The notes under the pieces are model-generated. The model did not search any database, was not told the DNA's origin, and worked only from the letters and a program-made list of their open reading frames with translations. Shown here one piece after another: positions 29,717 through 40,458 of a stretch of 64,000 nucleotides of DNA (within the stretch, counting starts at the first letter, position 1; every line of letters starts with the position of its first letter). The stretch covers positions 1,984,001 to 2,048,000 of the forward strand of contig OZ246001.1 in NCBI GenBank assembly GCA_965230295.1, read 5' to 3'. This DNA is from Marinicella sp. GTDB lineage: Bacteria > Pseudomonadota > Gammaproteobacteria > Xanthomonadales > Marinicellaceae. A program made the translations under genes and the position numbers.

Positions 29717-29860
29717 TTAATTGATTTGGTCATTAATTTTGGCTTCAAGGCCAGATGAATTATAATGACTGCTTTGATTCAATGAGCCTATCAATTTGAA
29801 ACAACAAATAAGATCCAACACATTTGATCACAACGGCCACTGTTGTCAGTGGGGGCCAAA

Positions 29861-31210
29861 GTGAGTAAGCCACTACATGTGGTCATTTTGGCTGCTGGAG
29901 CCGGCACCCGCATGCATTCTAAAAAACTAAAAGTGTTGCATGAGGTGGCTGGCCAAGCAATGATTGATCATGTGGTCCAGCTGGCACAGGCCCTGGATCC
30001 AGCACAAATCACCATCGTTTTTGGTCATCATGCCAAGCAGTTGCTTAAGCATGGACATGATTTAAAAGTGAATTGGGCGGAACAAAAACAACAACTGGGA
30101 ACCGGGCATGCAGTGCAGCAAGCCACCGAATTTTTTCAAGACGATGAAGATGTGCTGGTGTTGTATGGAGATGCGCCCTTGGTACAAGCGGCTGATTTAT
30201 CGCCCTTAAAAGGTCAGCAATTTGTGCTGACCGCAGTGGTCGATGACCCAACTGGCTATGGACGCATCATCAGGTCAGGAGCAACCATAGATGCCATTGT
30301 TGAACAAAAAGATGCCTCAGAAGCAGAATTGTCGATTCAGGAAATTAATTCTGGCATCATCCAGGCTCCGGCTTTACAGCTGAAAGATTGGCTTGGCCAA
30401 TTGTCCAACGACAACCAACAACAAGAATACTACCTGACCGACGTGATTGGCCTGGCGGCTAAAGATGGCAAGCCTTTCAATGCTGCTGTGATGTCAGATG
30501 CCGATGCGGTCAAAGGTGCCAACGACATGCAACAACTGGCCGAATTGGAAGAATTGATGCAACAACGCATCCGCAAAAAATTGCTAACAAATGGGGTGCG
30601 CTTGATTCGCCCGGGATCAGTCGATGTGCGAGGCCAACTCGCTTGTGGTCAAGATGTGGTCATAGATAAAGGCGTGGTCATCGAAGGGAACTGCCAGTTG
30701 GGTGATGGTGTGCACATTGGAGCTTTCAGCGTCATTAAAAACAGTCAGTTGGCTGCAGGAACTGTGGTCGAACCGCACTCTATGCTGGATGGCGTGGTGA
30801 CTTCAGGGGCGTGTTCAATCGGCCCATTTGCCCGCCTCAGGCCGGGTACTGAATTGTCAGCCGGTTGTAAAGTGGGCAATTTTGTTGAAACCAAAAAGAC
30901 GCAAATGGGTCGAAACAGCAAGGCCAGTCATTTGACCTATCTGGGAGATGCTGTCATTGGACATGCCGTGAATATTGGTGCTGGCACCATCACCTGTAAT
31001 TACGACGGAGTGAACAAATTCACCACCACCATTATGGACGGTGCATTCATAGGTTCGGATACGCAGTTGGTGGCCCCGGTCACTGTAGGGGCTCATGCCA
31101 CCATTGGTGCCGGTTCAACCATCACCAAAGACGCCCCGGAAAATCATTTAACCTTATCCAGAAGCAGACAAAGAACTGTCGAGAATTGGCAGCAACCGAG
31201 AAAAAAATAA
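29861..31210 (+). CDS. glmU: Bifunctional UDP-GlcNAc pyrophosphorylase / glucosamine-1-P acetyltransferase
   Basis: LAAGAGTRM, QLGTGHA, EYYLTD, hexapeptide repeats and TCNYDG. Confidence 0.97.
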   Translation: MSKPLHVVILAAGAGTRMHSKKLKVLHEVAGQAMIDHVVQLAQALDPAQITIVFGHHAKQLLKHGHDLKVNWAEQKQQLGTGHAVQQATEFFQDDEDVLVLYGDAPLVQAADLSPLKGQQFVLTAVVDDPTGYGRIIRSGATIDAIVEQKDASEAELSIQEINSGIIQAPALQLKDWLGQLSNDNQQQEYYLTDVIGLAAKDGKPFNAAVMSDADAVKGANDMQQLAELEELMQQRIRKKLLTNGVRLIRPGSVDVRGQLACGQDVVIDKGVVIEGNCQLGDGVHIGAFSVIKNSQLAAGTVVEPHSMLDGVVTSGACSIGPFARLRPGTELSAGCKVGNFVETKKTQMGRNSKASHLTYLGDAVIGHAVNIGAGTITCNYDGVNKFTTTIMDGAFIGSDTQLVAPVTVGAHATIGAGSTITKDAPENHLTLSRSRQRTVENWQQPRKK

Positions 31211-31211
31211 C

Positions 31212-33044
31212 ATGTGTGGAATCGTCGCAGTCAGTGCCAACCGAAATGTGGTTGATGTCATCGTTCATGGTTTACAAACTTTGGAGTACCGGGGTTATGA
31301 CTCAGCCGGAATTGCCATCATCACCGGAGATCAAATTGCTATACGCAAACAAGCCGGTAAACTCAGTAACTTAAAGCAGGAACTCAAAGAACAGCCCGTA
31401 GCCGGGCATGTGGGAATTGGACACACCCGCTGGGCGACACATGGCGAACCCACTTCAGCCAATGCCCATCCACATGATTCCAACAATGCCATTGCGGTGG
31501 TGCACAATGGCATCATCGAAAACTACCGACCCTTGCGGGAAAAACTCCTCGATGCCGGTTATGAATTCAAGTCTGAGACAGACACCGAAACCCTGGTTCA
31601 TTTGATTCATTATTACCAGGCCCAAGGCATGAACTTTTCGGCCGCCAGTCACAAAGCCATTGGTCAACTGGAGGGGGCTTATGCGGTGGCCATCACATGC
31701 ATGTCAGACCCTGATCGCATCATTGCTGCCCGCAAAGGCAGTCCGTTGGTGGTGGGTTTAGGCGATGGTGAAAATTTTGTCGCATCTGATGTTCAAGCCT
31801 TGATCAATGAGACCAATCAATTTTATTACCTCGAAGAGGGTGATGTGGTGGAAATCACCCAAAGCAGTTGTCAAATTTTTGATGCCACTGATCAGTTGGT
31901 TGAACGCGAGTTAAAAACCGTTACCCTGTCATCTGATGCCCTGACCAAAGATGGTTATGCGCATTACATGTTGAAAGAAATTCATGAGCAGCCCACAGCT
32001 GTGGCCAACACCATTGCTGATCGCCTGTATAACGATCGCATATCAAAGTACTTTATTGACCAGGACACCGCTGCCATATTGGAACAAGTGGAAAACATCC
32101 ACATCATAGCTTGTGGTACTTCATACCATGCCGGCTTGGTGGCCAGGTATTGGTTGGAAGCGATCACCCAAATTCCAACCCAGGTAGAAATCGCCAGTGA
32201 ATACCGCTATCGCAAACCAGTGGTTCCTAAAAACACCTTGTTCTTAACCATTTCACAATCTGGAGAAACGGCCGACTCACTGGCAGCGCTGCGTTTTGCC
32301 AAGACTGCTGACTATCTGTCCACATTTGCAGTGTGTAATGTGGCCAACTCAAGCCTTGATCGAGAAACGGACGTGTGTTTTTTGACCCATGCAGGCCCTG
32401 AAATTGGGGTGGCATCAACCAAAGCGTTAACCACCCAATTAACAGTACTGGCTTTGTTGACATTGAAGTTGGCTGAGATTAAAAACGTTGATGAAGCCGT
32501 GCGTAAAAACCTGGCCAAACAACTGATGACTTTGCCAGGTATCATCAACCAATCTTTGCTTTTGAATGACCAAATCAAAGCCATTGCAGAACGCATTGTC
32601 AGGCGTGACAATGCCTTGTTTTTAGGTCGAGGCGTGCATTATCCGATTGCTTTGGAAGGGGCTTTGAAGTTGAAAGAAATTTCATACATCCATGCCGAAG
32701 GCTATCCAGCAGGTGAGCTCAAACATGGTCCTTTGGCATTGGTCGACGAAAAAATGCCCGTGATCGCGGTCTGTCCGAATGATGAGCTGTTGGAAAAACT
32801 GGAATCCAACATTGAGGAAGTGCGAGCCAGGGGGGGGGAATTGTATGCCTTTGTCGATCACAAAAGCCAACATGGCTTACATGACCGGGTCAACCATTTG
32901 ATTGAGATGGAAGCCAGTGGTACCTTCACTTCACCCATTGTATTCAATGTGCCGTTACAGTTGTTGTCATATCATGTGGCTGTGTTGCGCGGTACCGATG
33001 TGGACCAACCCAGAAACCTGGCTAAATCTGTAACTGTAGAGTGA
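31212..33044 (+). CDS. glmS: Glutamine--fructose-6-phosphate aminotransferase
   Basis: MCGIV, HTRWATHG, SQSGET and PRNLAKSVTVE motifs. Confidence 0.98.
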   Translation: MCGIVAVSANRNVVDVIVHGLQTLEYRGYDSAGIAIITGDQIAIRKQAGKLSNLKQELKEQPVAGHVGIGHTRWATHGEPTSANAHPHDSNNAIAVVHNGIIENYRPLREKLLDAGYEFKSETDTETLVHLIHYYQAQGMNFSAASHKAIGQLEGAYAVAITCMSDPDRIIAARKGSPLVVGLGDGENFVASDVQALINETNQFYYLEEGDVVEITQSSCQIFDATDQLVERELKTVTLSSDALTKDGYAHYMLKEIHEQPTAVANTIADRLYNDRISKYFIDQDTAAILEQVENIHIIACGTSYHAGLVARYWLEAITQIPTQVEIASEYRYRKPVVPKNTLFLTISQSGETADSLAALRFAKTADYLSTFAVCNVANSSLDRETDVCFLTHAGPEIGVASTKALTTQLTVLALLTLKLAEIKNVDEAVRKNLAKQLMTLPGIINQSLLLNDQIKAIAERIVRRDNALFLGRGVHYPIALEGALKLKEISYIHAEGYPAGELKHGPLALVDEKMPVIAVCPNDELLEKLESNIEEVRARGGELYAFVDHKSQHGLHDRVNHLIEMEASGTFTSPIVFNVPLQLLSYHVAVLRGTDVDQPRNLAKSVTVE

Positions 33045-33077
33045 TTCTGGTCTGGTTAATTCCAACAAAGTTTATTA

Positions 33078-33272
33078 GGAAAGCTGCTGAGCAGCTTGAC
33101 CCGCCGAGCCGGTTGGTGAGCTTTGCGAATCAGAGGCGAAGAGCGCGAGGTAGTATGTCATGTTCGCCTCGGCAGCTACCGCATCCTGCTATCGCTGCAT
33201 ACTTACATCCATGTAAGCAGTCGCTTTCACTTTTGTCTGGAACAAAAGAGAATGAAGCCCCAAGAACATACC
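33078..33272 (-). mobile_element. Modular element, copy D (195 bp, lacks the central core module)
   Basis: Both ends of the family present. The core of about 100 bp is absent, and a GCTTACATGGATGTAAG module is present. Confidence 0.85.
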
Positions 33273-33300
33273 TTTGTTCCTGATTGCAGTTTGAATCTAT

Positions 33301-34386
33301 TCAAGGTTGCAGGAGGTCATCAAAAGAAAGACTCCATTCTCGGCGTTTAGGGTAGGTTTTTCTGAGTCGATCAAAATAAATGCCAACTGGTATTTTCTGG
33401 TCAGTCAAAAGTTGTTTTAATCGACCATTGTCTTTTGATAGATCGTATGCTCCTAGAATGGAGCGACGGATATCAGCACCTTTGTTGATTACATTAACTG
33501 CATTTGGGTGGGTATTTTCGACAACACAAGCTTCAGACCACTGCGGTTGGGTGTTGAGGAATTGGCAACAGGCTTGATATATCATGTGAGTCCCTCTGAT
33601 TTTTCCATCATAAGAGTATCCCGCAACATGAGGTGTACCAATCAGAGTGTGAGCCAGTAATTCAAGGTTGATGTTCGGTTCATTTTGCCAAACGTCTAAT
33701 ACCAGGTCCAGGTCTTGCTGGTTTTTCTGTCTTGATAGCAAAGCCGCTTCATCAATCACTTCTCCTCGAGCACTGTTGATCAGTAATGTATCAGGCTTGA
33801 TTTGTTGGATCAAACGCTGGTTGATCAGATTCAGGGTGGCATGTTTTCCGGTGTGGGTCAATGGAACATGGAGGCTGATCACATCACAACCCAATGCAGC
33901 CTCTAAGCTTGCAAACCGATCGCTAGGATATTGTTGGGCCAGTGGTGGGTCGTTAACGACTGTTTTCATACCCATTTTTTGACACAGGCCTTCCACTTGA
34001 GTGCCAACCTGCCCACCACCAATGATGCCAATGGACAGCCCTTGAATGGCTTTATCTTTCAACAAAGACCAGTGAGCAACTGCTGACATGACGTATTCAG
34101 CCACAGATGTGGCATTGCTGCCTGGCGCATGGGCGAACCCAATGTCAAGTGCATTCAAATCATCCAGGTTGATGTGATTGATACCGCTGGTGGCCGATGC
34201 CACGAATTGCACCTTCGTTCCTGAAAGCAATGGTCGGTTGACTTTGGTCACTGAACGGACCAGTAACAGCTGACAGTCTATTAAATCGGTTTGTTGGATC
34301 AAACGACCAGGCAAGGTGACGACTTGGCCTATGGTGGAAAAAGCGGCTTGTACAAAGGGGATATTTTCGTCGGCAATTATTTTCAT
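33301..34386 (-). CDS. pdxB: 4-phosphoerythronate dehydrogenase
   Basis: MKIIADENIP, LLVRSVTKV, APGSNA.SVAEY and TPHVAGYS.DGK motifs. Confidence 0.95.
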   Translation of the reverse strand: MKIIADENIPFVQAAFSTIGQVVTLPGRLIQQTDLIDCQLLLVRSVTKVNRPLLSGTKVQFVASATSGINHINLDDLNALDIGFAHAPGSNATSVAEYVMSAVAHWSLLKDKAIQGLSIGIIGGGQVGTQVEGLCQKMGMKTVVNDPPLAQQYPSDRFASLEAALGCDVISLHVPLTHTGKHATLNLINQRLIQQIKPDTLLINSARGEVIDEAALLSRQKNQQDLDLVLDVWQNEPNINLELLAHTLIGTPHVAGYSYDGKIRGTHMIYQACCQFLNTQPQWSEACVVENTHPNAVNVINKGADIRRSILGAYDLSKDNGRLKQLLTDQKIPVGIYFDRLRKTYPKRREWSLSFDDLLQP

Positions 34387-34592
34387 CTGGTTGGAGATTT
34401 TACCGTTATTTATAGGTTGCAGTTCCTCATTTATTAAGGAATTGCCTTGATGTAACTTCCGTGCTGAGTTACATCACAATGATTGTCAAAGACCGTCAAT
34501 CGCATTCCACAATTGATCAACGGTCTTTGTCAACATTTAACGCCTCAACGCTGAGGACAGGAGTTGATCACAAAGACACCTATTGAATTGAT

Positions 34593-36197
34593 TCAGCTTG
34601 AATTGCTGTTGTTGGTAGACAACGCGTCTTCCCGATAGTGACAGCCGACACTGGTTTTGTTTGACCAGGCTGCTAAGGTAACTATGATGGCTGTTCGGAC
34701 GGAATTTCTTAACCCAATCAAGTCATCCGAAACCCGGTTGTTGCGGTAAAATTGTTCAATTTCAGTTTCCAGGTTTCTAAGCTCGCGCAGCGCTCGAATC
34801 AAGCGTTCTGGAGAACGACTCACACCCACATAATTCCACATGATTGATTGGATTCTTTGTACATCATGTTGAATCAATATTTCGTCAGCAAAGTTGTCGG
34901 TTTTGGCTTGCCAAGCGGGTATGCTTGATGCATTAAAAATTTCGATTTTTGGGGTTTCAGACTGGATCCGGTGAGCGGCCTCGGTACCGGCAACCAGGCC
35001 CTCAAGCAAAGAGGTGCTGGCCAATCGATTGGCACCATGTAAACCCGTACAGGCCACTTCACCAATGGCATACAATTGCTCAATGTCAGTGCCTCCGGTT
35101 TGATCGACCCAAATGCCGCCACAGGAATAATGGGCCGCTGGTGTGACCGGGATCAGTTGTTTGGTGATGTCTACATCATGTTGCAAACAAAAGTCATGAA
35201 TATTGGGGAAGCGTTCAATCATTTCCTCAGCACTCATGTGAGATTTCAGGTCAAGGTAGACACAAGGAGACTCGGTGATGGTCATTTCATTGAAGATGCT
35301 CCTGGACACCACATCCCTAGGTGCCAGATCTCCCCATTTGGGTGCATACTTTTCCATAAATGGCCGGCCTTTGGCATCCACCAATTTAGCCCCAGCGCCT
35401 CTAACGGCTTCCGATATCAGAAAATTGGGCGCGCCCTTTTTATAAAAGGTGGTGGGATGGAACTGGATGAATTCGGTGTTGATGATGCGCGCGCCAGCAC
35501 GATTGGCCATGGCAATGCCATCACCCCTTGAACCTTTGGGGTTGCTGGTGTGTTGGAATATTTGTCCAAGCCCACCACTGGCCAAGATCGTGAATTTTGC
35601 AATGAAACGATTGACTTGTTTGGCTTGGTTGTCAAACACATAAGCACCCACACAGCTTTTTTTCTTGTAAACCTGTAGTTTATCGGTGCTGTGGTGATCT
35701 GGGGTGATCAGATCAATGGCGGTGTGATCTGTTAACACCGTGATGTATGGGTTGTTATTGGCAGCCTCGTTCAAAGCGTCTTGGATGGCTTTACCGGTGG
35801 CGTCTTTGGCATGAATGATGCGTGCTGTTGAGTGCGCGGCTTCTTTGCAGGTGGCCAGTTGTTGACTGGAATCCAGGTCAAAAGGCACTTTGAGTTGATC
35901 AAGCAACAATGATTTCAGGATCTCAGGACCTTTGCTGGCCAACCTGTCAACCACTTCGGGTTGGCAGAATCCTGCACCTGCGGCCTTGATGTCTGCTGCC
36001 AACAGTTCAGCTGAGTCTTCTTCACCACGATAAATGATGCCACCCTGTGCCCAGCGGGTGTTGCAATCGCTGACATGGTGACTGCGGGTGATGACGGTTG
36101 ATGAAATCTGCTGGTTGGCCAATTCGATGGCAGCACACAAGCCAGCGATGCCACTGCCTATGATAAGAACTTCAGTTTGGTGCAAGTCCTTTGCCAT
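34593..36197 (-). CDS. nadB: L-aspartate oxidase
   Basis: GSGIAG, WAQGGI, QFHPT, LAPRD.VSR and HGANRLAS.SLLE motifs; adjacent to nadA. Confidence 0.95.
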   Translation of the reverse strand: MAKDLHQTEVLIIGSGIAGLCAAIELANQQISSTVITRSHHVSDCNTRWAQGGIIYRGEEDSAELLAADIKAAGAGFCQPEVVDRLASKGPEILKSLLLDQLKVPFDLDSSQQLATCKEAAHSTARIIHAKDATGKAIQDALNEAANNNPYITVLTDHTAIDLITPDHHSTDKLQVYKKKSCVGAYVFDNQAKQVNRFIAKFTILASGGLGQIFQHTSNPKGSRGDGIAMANRAGARIINTEFIQFHPTTFYKKGAPNFLISEAVRGAGAKLVDAKGRPFMEKYAPKWGDLAPRDVVSRSIFNEMTITESPCVYLDLKSHMSAEEMIERFPNIHDFCLQHDVDITKQLIPVTPAAHYSCGGIWVDQTGGTDIEQLYAIGEVACTGLHGANRLASTSLLEGLVAGTEAAHRIQSETPKIEIFNASSIPAWQAKTDNFADEILIQHDVQRIQSIMWNYVGVSRSPERLIRALRELRNLETEIEQFYRNNRVSDDLIGLRNSVRTAIIVTLAAWSNKTSVGCHYREDALSTNNSNSS

Positions 36198-36200
36198 CAA

Positions 36201-37235
36201 TCAACCAATTTTCAACATGCGATCAACAGAGTCAAATGCCCTTTGGCGAATGTCTTCAGGGATGGTGATTTCATACTGGTTAAACTGCAACGCATTGTAA
36301 GTGTCTTTCAGTTGGATTTGGTTCATATGGGGACATCGAACACTGCACATCCGCAGCATTTCACGGTTGGGGTTTTCAGCGTGGATGTTGTCTCCCATGG
36401 CACATTCAGTTAACAACAGGTATTTTTGTAAATGGTTGTTTTGGATGTATTTGATCATTTCGGTGGTGCTACCTGAATAGTCTGAAGCTTCAACCACTTC
36501 TGGCTTACATTCAGGGTGGGACAATACTTTGACATCCGGGTGCACAGACCTGACATTTTCGATGTCTTCAACTGTAAATTGGTCATGGACTTCACAACGC
36601 CCATTCCAGCCAATCATCTGCACATCAACATCATGGTCTGTGCTGTAGGTTTTGTTTTTGCTTGGCAATATGATGTGTTTGCCGGTTTCTCTGGCAATGT
36701 TGCCAGCCAAATATTCATCGGGCAGGAAAATCACGGTGTCAGAGTTTAATGATTCAACCACTTGTTTGGCATTTCCGGATGTACAACAGATGTCGGTTTC
36801 GGCTTTCACATCTGCATAAGTGTTGATGTAAGTGACCACCGGAACCCCGGGAAATTGCTGTTTGATGTTCCTGACATCTTCGGCTGTGATGGATGAAGCC
36901 AGTGAACAACCCGCTTGATCGGAAGGGACGAGAACAGTTTTTTCCGGATTGAGTATTTTGGCCGTTTCAGCCATGAACTCAACACCACAAAAGACGATGA
37001 TGTCTTTATCCGTTTGTGCGGCTTTGCGAGACAGTTCTAGAGAATCGCCAGTGAAATCAGGCACCGTATGGAACAAAGCAGGTTCCATGTAGTTATGTCC
37101 TAATATGACGGCATTTTTTTCAGTTTTTAACTGAATGATTTTTTCGGCCATTTCTGCCTTTAACAACAGCTCGGGTTCGGAATATTGGTCAGATAATTTA
37201 TGGTCTAACTTTTGAAACAGTTGATCTGCATTCAT
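36201..37235 (-). CDS. nadA: Quinolinate synthase
   Basis: GHNY, FCGV.FMAE, AGCSLA, CCTS, HPEC and CPHM motifs. Confidence 0.96.
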   Translation of the reverse strand: MNADQLFQKLDHKLSDQYSEPELLLKAEMAEKIIQLKTEKNAVILGHNYMEPALFHTVPDFTGDSLELSRKAAQTDKDIIVFCGVEFMAETAKILNPEKTVLVPSDQAGCSLASSITAEDVRNIKQQFPGVPVVTYINTYADVKAETDICCTSGNAKQVVESLNSDTVIFLPDEYLAGNIARETGKHIILPSKNKTYSTDHDVDVQMIGWNGRCEVHDQFTVEDIENVRSVHPDVKVLSHPECKPEVVEASDYSGSTTEMIKYIQNNHLQKYLLLTECAMGDNIHAENPNREMLRMCSVRCPHMNQIQLKDTYNALQFNQYEITIPEDIRQRAFDSVDRMLKIG

Positions 37236-37735
37236 GGGTCGATCTCATGCACAACACCCAAAGGTGCTGGTTTATAAATATCCTGGTCAGTGTGTGTTCA
37301 CACCTTTGGAATTCCAGGCTGCATATTCTACTGCAGCTCGATCAAAGATACAGCCAAATAAGTCCTGATATTGAGTTTAGTTCTTAGCTTCAATGTTACT
37401 CACCTTAAGATGAAAATTTCTATTTTGAAATTATGGATGCCATGAAAAACAACAGTCAAAATTACCTTTATTTTGTTGATTGTTTTCAACTTGTCACTGT
37501 TGTAACATTCCATTAACACGTCTGTGATATTAATCACTGATGTAGACCAATCCTGGAATCAGGCAAAACCAATCTCTCACTGAAGAATTTTTTTAGCTTT
37601 ATTATTCAATTTGTAAAGATCAATAATAATTGTGCTTAATTATTACTTAGGTAAATTTTTAGGGAATATTTAGCAAGGTTTTCTGGCATTTTACGAGTAG
37701 ACAAGTTAGATCATAGAATTAGGGAACATTTAATC

Positions 37736-40372
37736 ATGAGCAAGAATCAATTAAGTAAAGAAGAATGGGCGTTGATAAAAACTTGGTTCAATGAATTGAT
37801 CAATGAACCCAGTGAACAGTTGGAGACATTGATTTCTGTTAAAACAAGTGATCACAGGTTGCAACAGGCTTTGTCTGGTATGCTTCAGGTTCACCATTCG
37901 TCCAGTGATCAAACCATCACCCCGAAACAATCGCCAGCTGCTTCATTGATAAACCAATTCCAAATGAAGTCTGGGGACCACTTTGCCAAGTATCAAATCA
38001 TAAAGACATTGGGCTCTGGAGGGATGGGAGAAGTTTATTTAGCCGAGCGCAATGATCAAGTGACTCAAAAAGTGGCCTTAAAAATCTTGGCAAAAAACTG
38101 CTTCGATCAACAAACACAAGCGCGTTTTGACACTGAAAGGAGAATACTGGCCAGCTTAGAGCATCCGAACATTGCGCGATTGATTGATGCAGATACAGAA
38201 TCAGGTAGTCCATATTATGCCATGGAGTTTATCGATGGAGTAGAGGTAGATAAATACTGTCAAGCCAATCAATTAGATCTTTTTTCCAGATTGAATTTGT
38301 TTTTACAAATTTGTGATGCGGTCAGTCATGCACATAAAAATCTGATAGTTCACAGAGACCTCAAACCTTCAAACATATTAGTCAATGATGAAGGGGAAGT
38401 GAAGTTACTTGATTTTGGTATTGCCAAACCCTTAAAAATCTTGCCAGGTACCAATGAAGTGTACCAGACTGTTGTTGGATCGACTGCTTTAACACCACAA
38501 TATGCGGCTCCTGAACAGGTCAATGGTGAAGCGATCACTGTTTCCTGTGATATCTATGTTATGGGTTTGTTGTTGTACAAATTGGTCACTGATCAAGATG
38601 CCTTTGATCTGGCTGATAAAACCTGGGGCGAAATTGAAATGATCATCAATCAAGACTTGCCTACATTACCCAGTCGACAGATTAAAAACAATGAATTTAA
38701 TTTGGTTTCAACATGGCAGAAAAAAGTCAAAGGTGACGTGGATGCCATCATCAGTCATGCTTTAAAAAAACACCCCAGTGAACGCTACGAGACGGTCCGA
38801 CAATTTCGTGATGACATTGAACGTTTTATCAGACATGAACCGATAGAAATCAAAAGAAATCAGGGTTGGTATCGGTTCAAAAAACAATTACGGCAAAACT
38901 GGTTTCCAGTCAGTGCCTTCACCATACTGTTTATGGTTTTATTGGTGGCATCAATTTTAATTTGGCAACAATCTCAAGAGATTGCAACAGAGCGAGATGT
39001 GGCATTAACTGAAAAGCAAACCGCAGAAGAGGTGACTGAATTTTTAGTGGATACATTCAAATCGGCCGATCCAACCCAAACCAAAGGCAATGAATTGTCA
39101 GCAGGTGAAATCTTGGATCAAGCCGTGCTTGAGCTGAACAACCAGAGCCTCAGCCAAGAGATCAAAAATCGATTAAGGATCATCATCGCCGAAGTATATT
39201 TCAATTTAGGTAACTTGCAAGACGCACAACTTTTGTTGGATGAAGTAAAAAATTTGAGTAATCAACAATTGAGTAATAAATTGCTGTTTGTTCAATCAGA
39301 CATACTGTTGAATGAAAGGGGTGATGAAAATGCCTCAACAGTCAGTGAGATGATGCAATCTTTGATCGATCAAAAGATTGAAAATAACACAGATCAAATC
39401 AACGCTTATTATAGGCTGGCAAGGTCTTATAACGCTTTGGACAAGTTTCATGAGTCTAAGGATTTAATCAGCAAATTGATTTCAACTTCTGAAGAGGCTT
39501 TTGGAGCGAGTTCTCTGGAGCATTCAAAATGGTTGGCCAAAATTGCCAACTTAAACACATTTATTGAAGATGCTGATTCAGTAAAGGAGCTGTTACTACA
39601 AGCAGCAAACATTCAAGAGGAATTGTTAGGTTCTAATCACCTCATTTTGGGAGACACCAAAAAGAAAATTGCAGAGCTTTATGCTTTTACTATTTATGAT
39701 TCTGAGCAAGCGCTCAAGTATGGTCTTGAAGCCTATGAGATTTATTTGTCTGTTTATGGTGAGGCATTCCCACACAGGGTTTCATTGGAAAACACCATTG
39801 CCTCTGGATATGCAGGCATCAATGACTTTCAGAATGCAGCAAACCACTATGAAATTGGGATTGACATGGAAAAAAAACACTTCGGCAATAACCAAAAGAA
39901 GTTAGCCATACTGGGATATAACTTGGCAAATGTATACCTTTACAATCTGAAAGATCATAAGCGAGCCATTGAAAGGTATGAGGAAGTATTACCCATCATT
40001 GAGGAATCCCATGGCAGAGACAGTCAGCGTTTTAAATTCATGGGACTGAATTATGCCAGGGCTTTGACTATTGACAAACAGTTTGAATCAGCAAAAAAGA
40101 TATTAGATGAAACCCATGAGTTCTATACAGTAGAAAAGAAAAACAGTTATGGAGAAAAAGGGTACACTATAGGCAGAACCAAGTCATATATGGGATTTTG
40201 GCATATGCAACAAAATCAATGGTGTGAGTCAAAAAAATGGTTGACAGAATCATTGTTTCATCTTGAAGTGGCGGGATTAGAAAATGATCAATACAAAGAT
40301 GCCGTGGCTAATCTAAGTCATGTAGATGAAATGATTGGGTCTTCTGAATGCTCATCCAGTGATCAAAGTTAA
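37736..40372 (+). CDS. Membrane Ser/Thr protein kinase with extracytoplasmic TPRs
   Basis: GSGGMG, HRDLKPSN, DFG and YAAPE motifs, one TM, TPR-like C-terminus. Confidence 0.93.
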   Translation: MSKNQLSKEEWALIKTWFNELINEPSEQLETLISVKTSDHRLQQALSGMLQVHHSSSDQTITPKQSPAASLINQFQMKSGDHFAKYQIIKTLGSGGMGEVYLAERNDQVTQKVALKILAKNCFDQQTQARFDTERRILASLEHPNIARLIDADTESGSPYYAMEFIDGVEVDKYCQANQLDLFSRLNLFLQICDAVSHAHKNLIVHRDLKPSNILVNDEGEVKLLDFGIAKPLKILPGTNEVYQTVVGSTALTPQYAAPEQVNGEAITVSCDIYVMGLLLYKLVTDQDAFDLADKTWGEIEMIINQDLPTLPSRQIKNNEFNLVSTWQKKVKGDVDAIISHALKKHPSERYETVRQFRDDIERFIRHEPIEIKRNQGWYRFKKQLRQNWFPVSAFTILFMVLLVASILIWQQSQEIATERDVALTEKQTAEEVTEFLVDTFKSADPTQTKGNELSAGEILDQAVLELNNQSLSQEIKNRLRIIIAEVYFNLGNLQDAQLLLDEVKNLSNQQLSNKLLFVQSDILLNERGDENASTVSEMMQSLIDQKIENNTDQINAYYRLARSYNALDKFHESKDLISKLISTSEEAFGASSLEHSKWLAKIANLNTFIEDADSVKELLLQAANIQEELLGSNHLILGDTKKKIAELYAFTIYDSEQALKYGLEAYEIYLSVYGEAFPHRVSLENTIASGYAGINDFQNAANHYEIGIDMEKKHFGNNQKKLAILGYNLANVYLYNLKDHKRAIERYEEVLPIIEESHGRDSQRFKFMGLNYARALTIDKQFESAKKILDETHEFYTVEKKNSYGEKGYTIGRTKSYMGFWHMQQNQWCESKKWLTESLFHLEVAGLENDQYKDAVANLSHVDEMIGSSECSSSDQS

Positions 40373-40458
40373 CATCAGAATATATTGTTAAAGTACAGAT
40401 ATATATCCTGTCGTATAATAAGTGGTTGACTGTAGCCAAAATCATTCACGACAAAGCC

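Noticed and set aside
31200-31215. glmS ribozyme
   Set aside because: Only 1 bp separates glmU and glmS.
33010-33080. Tn7-like insertion at attTn7
   Set aside because: The glmS 3' motif is intact but no TGT-initiated transposon end or tns genes follow.
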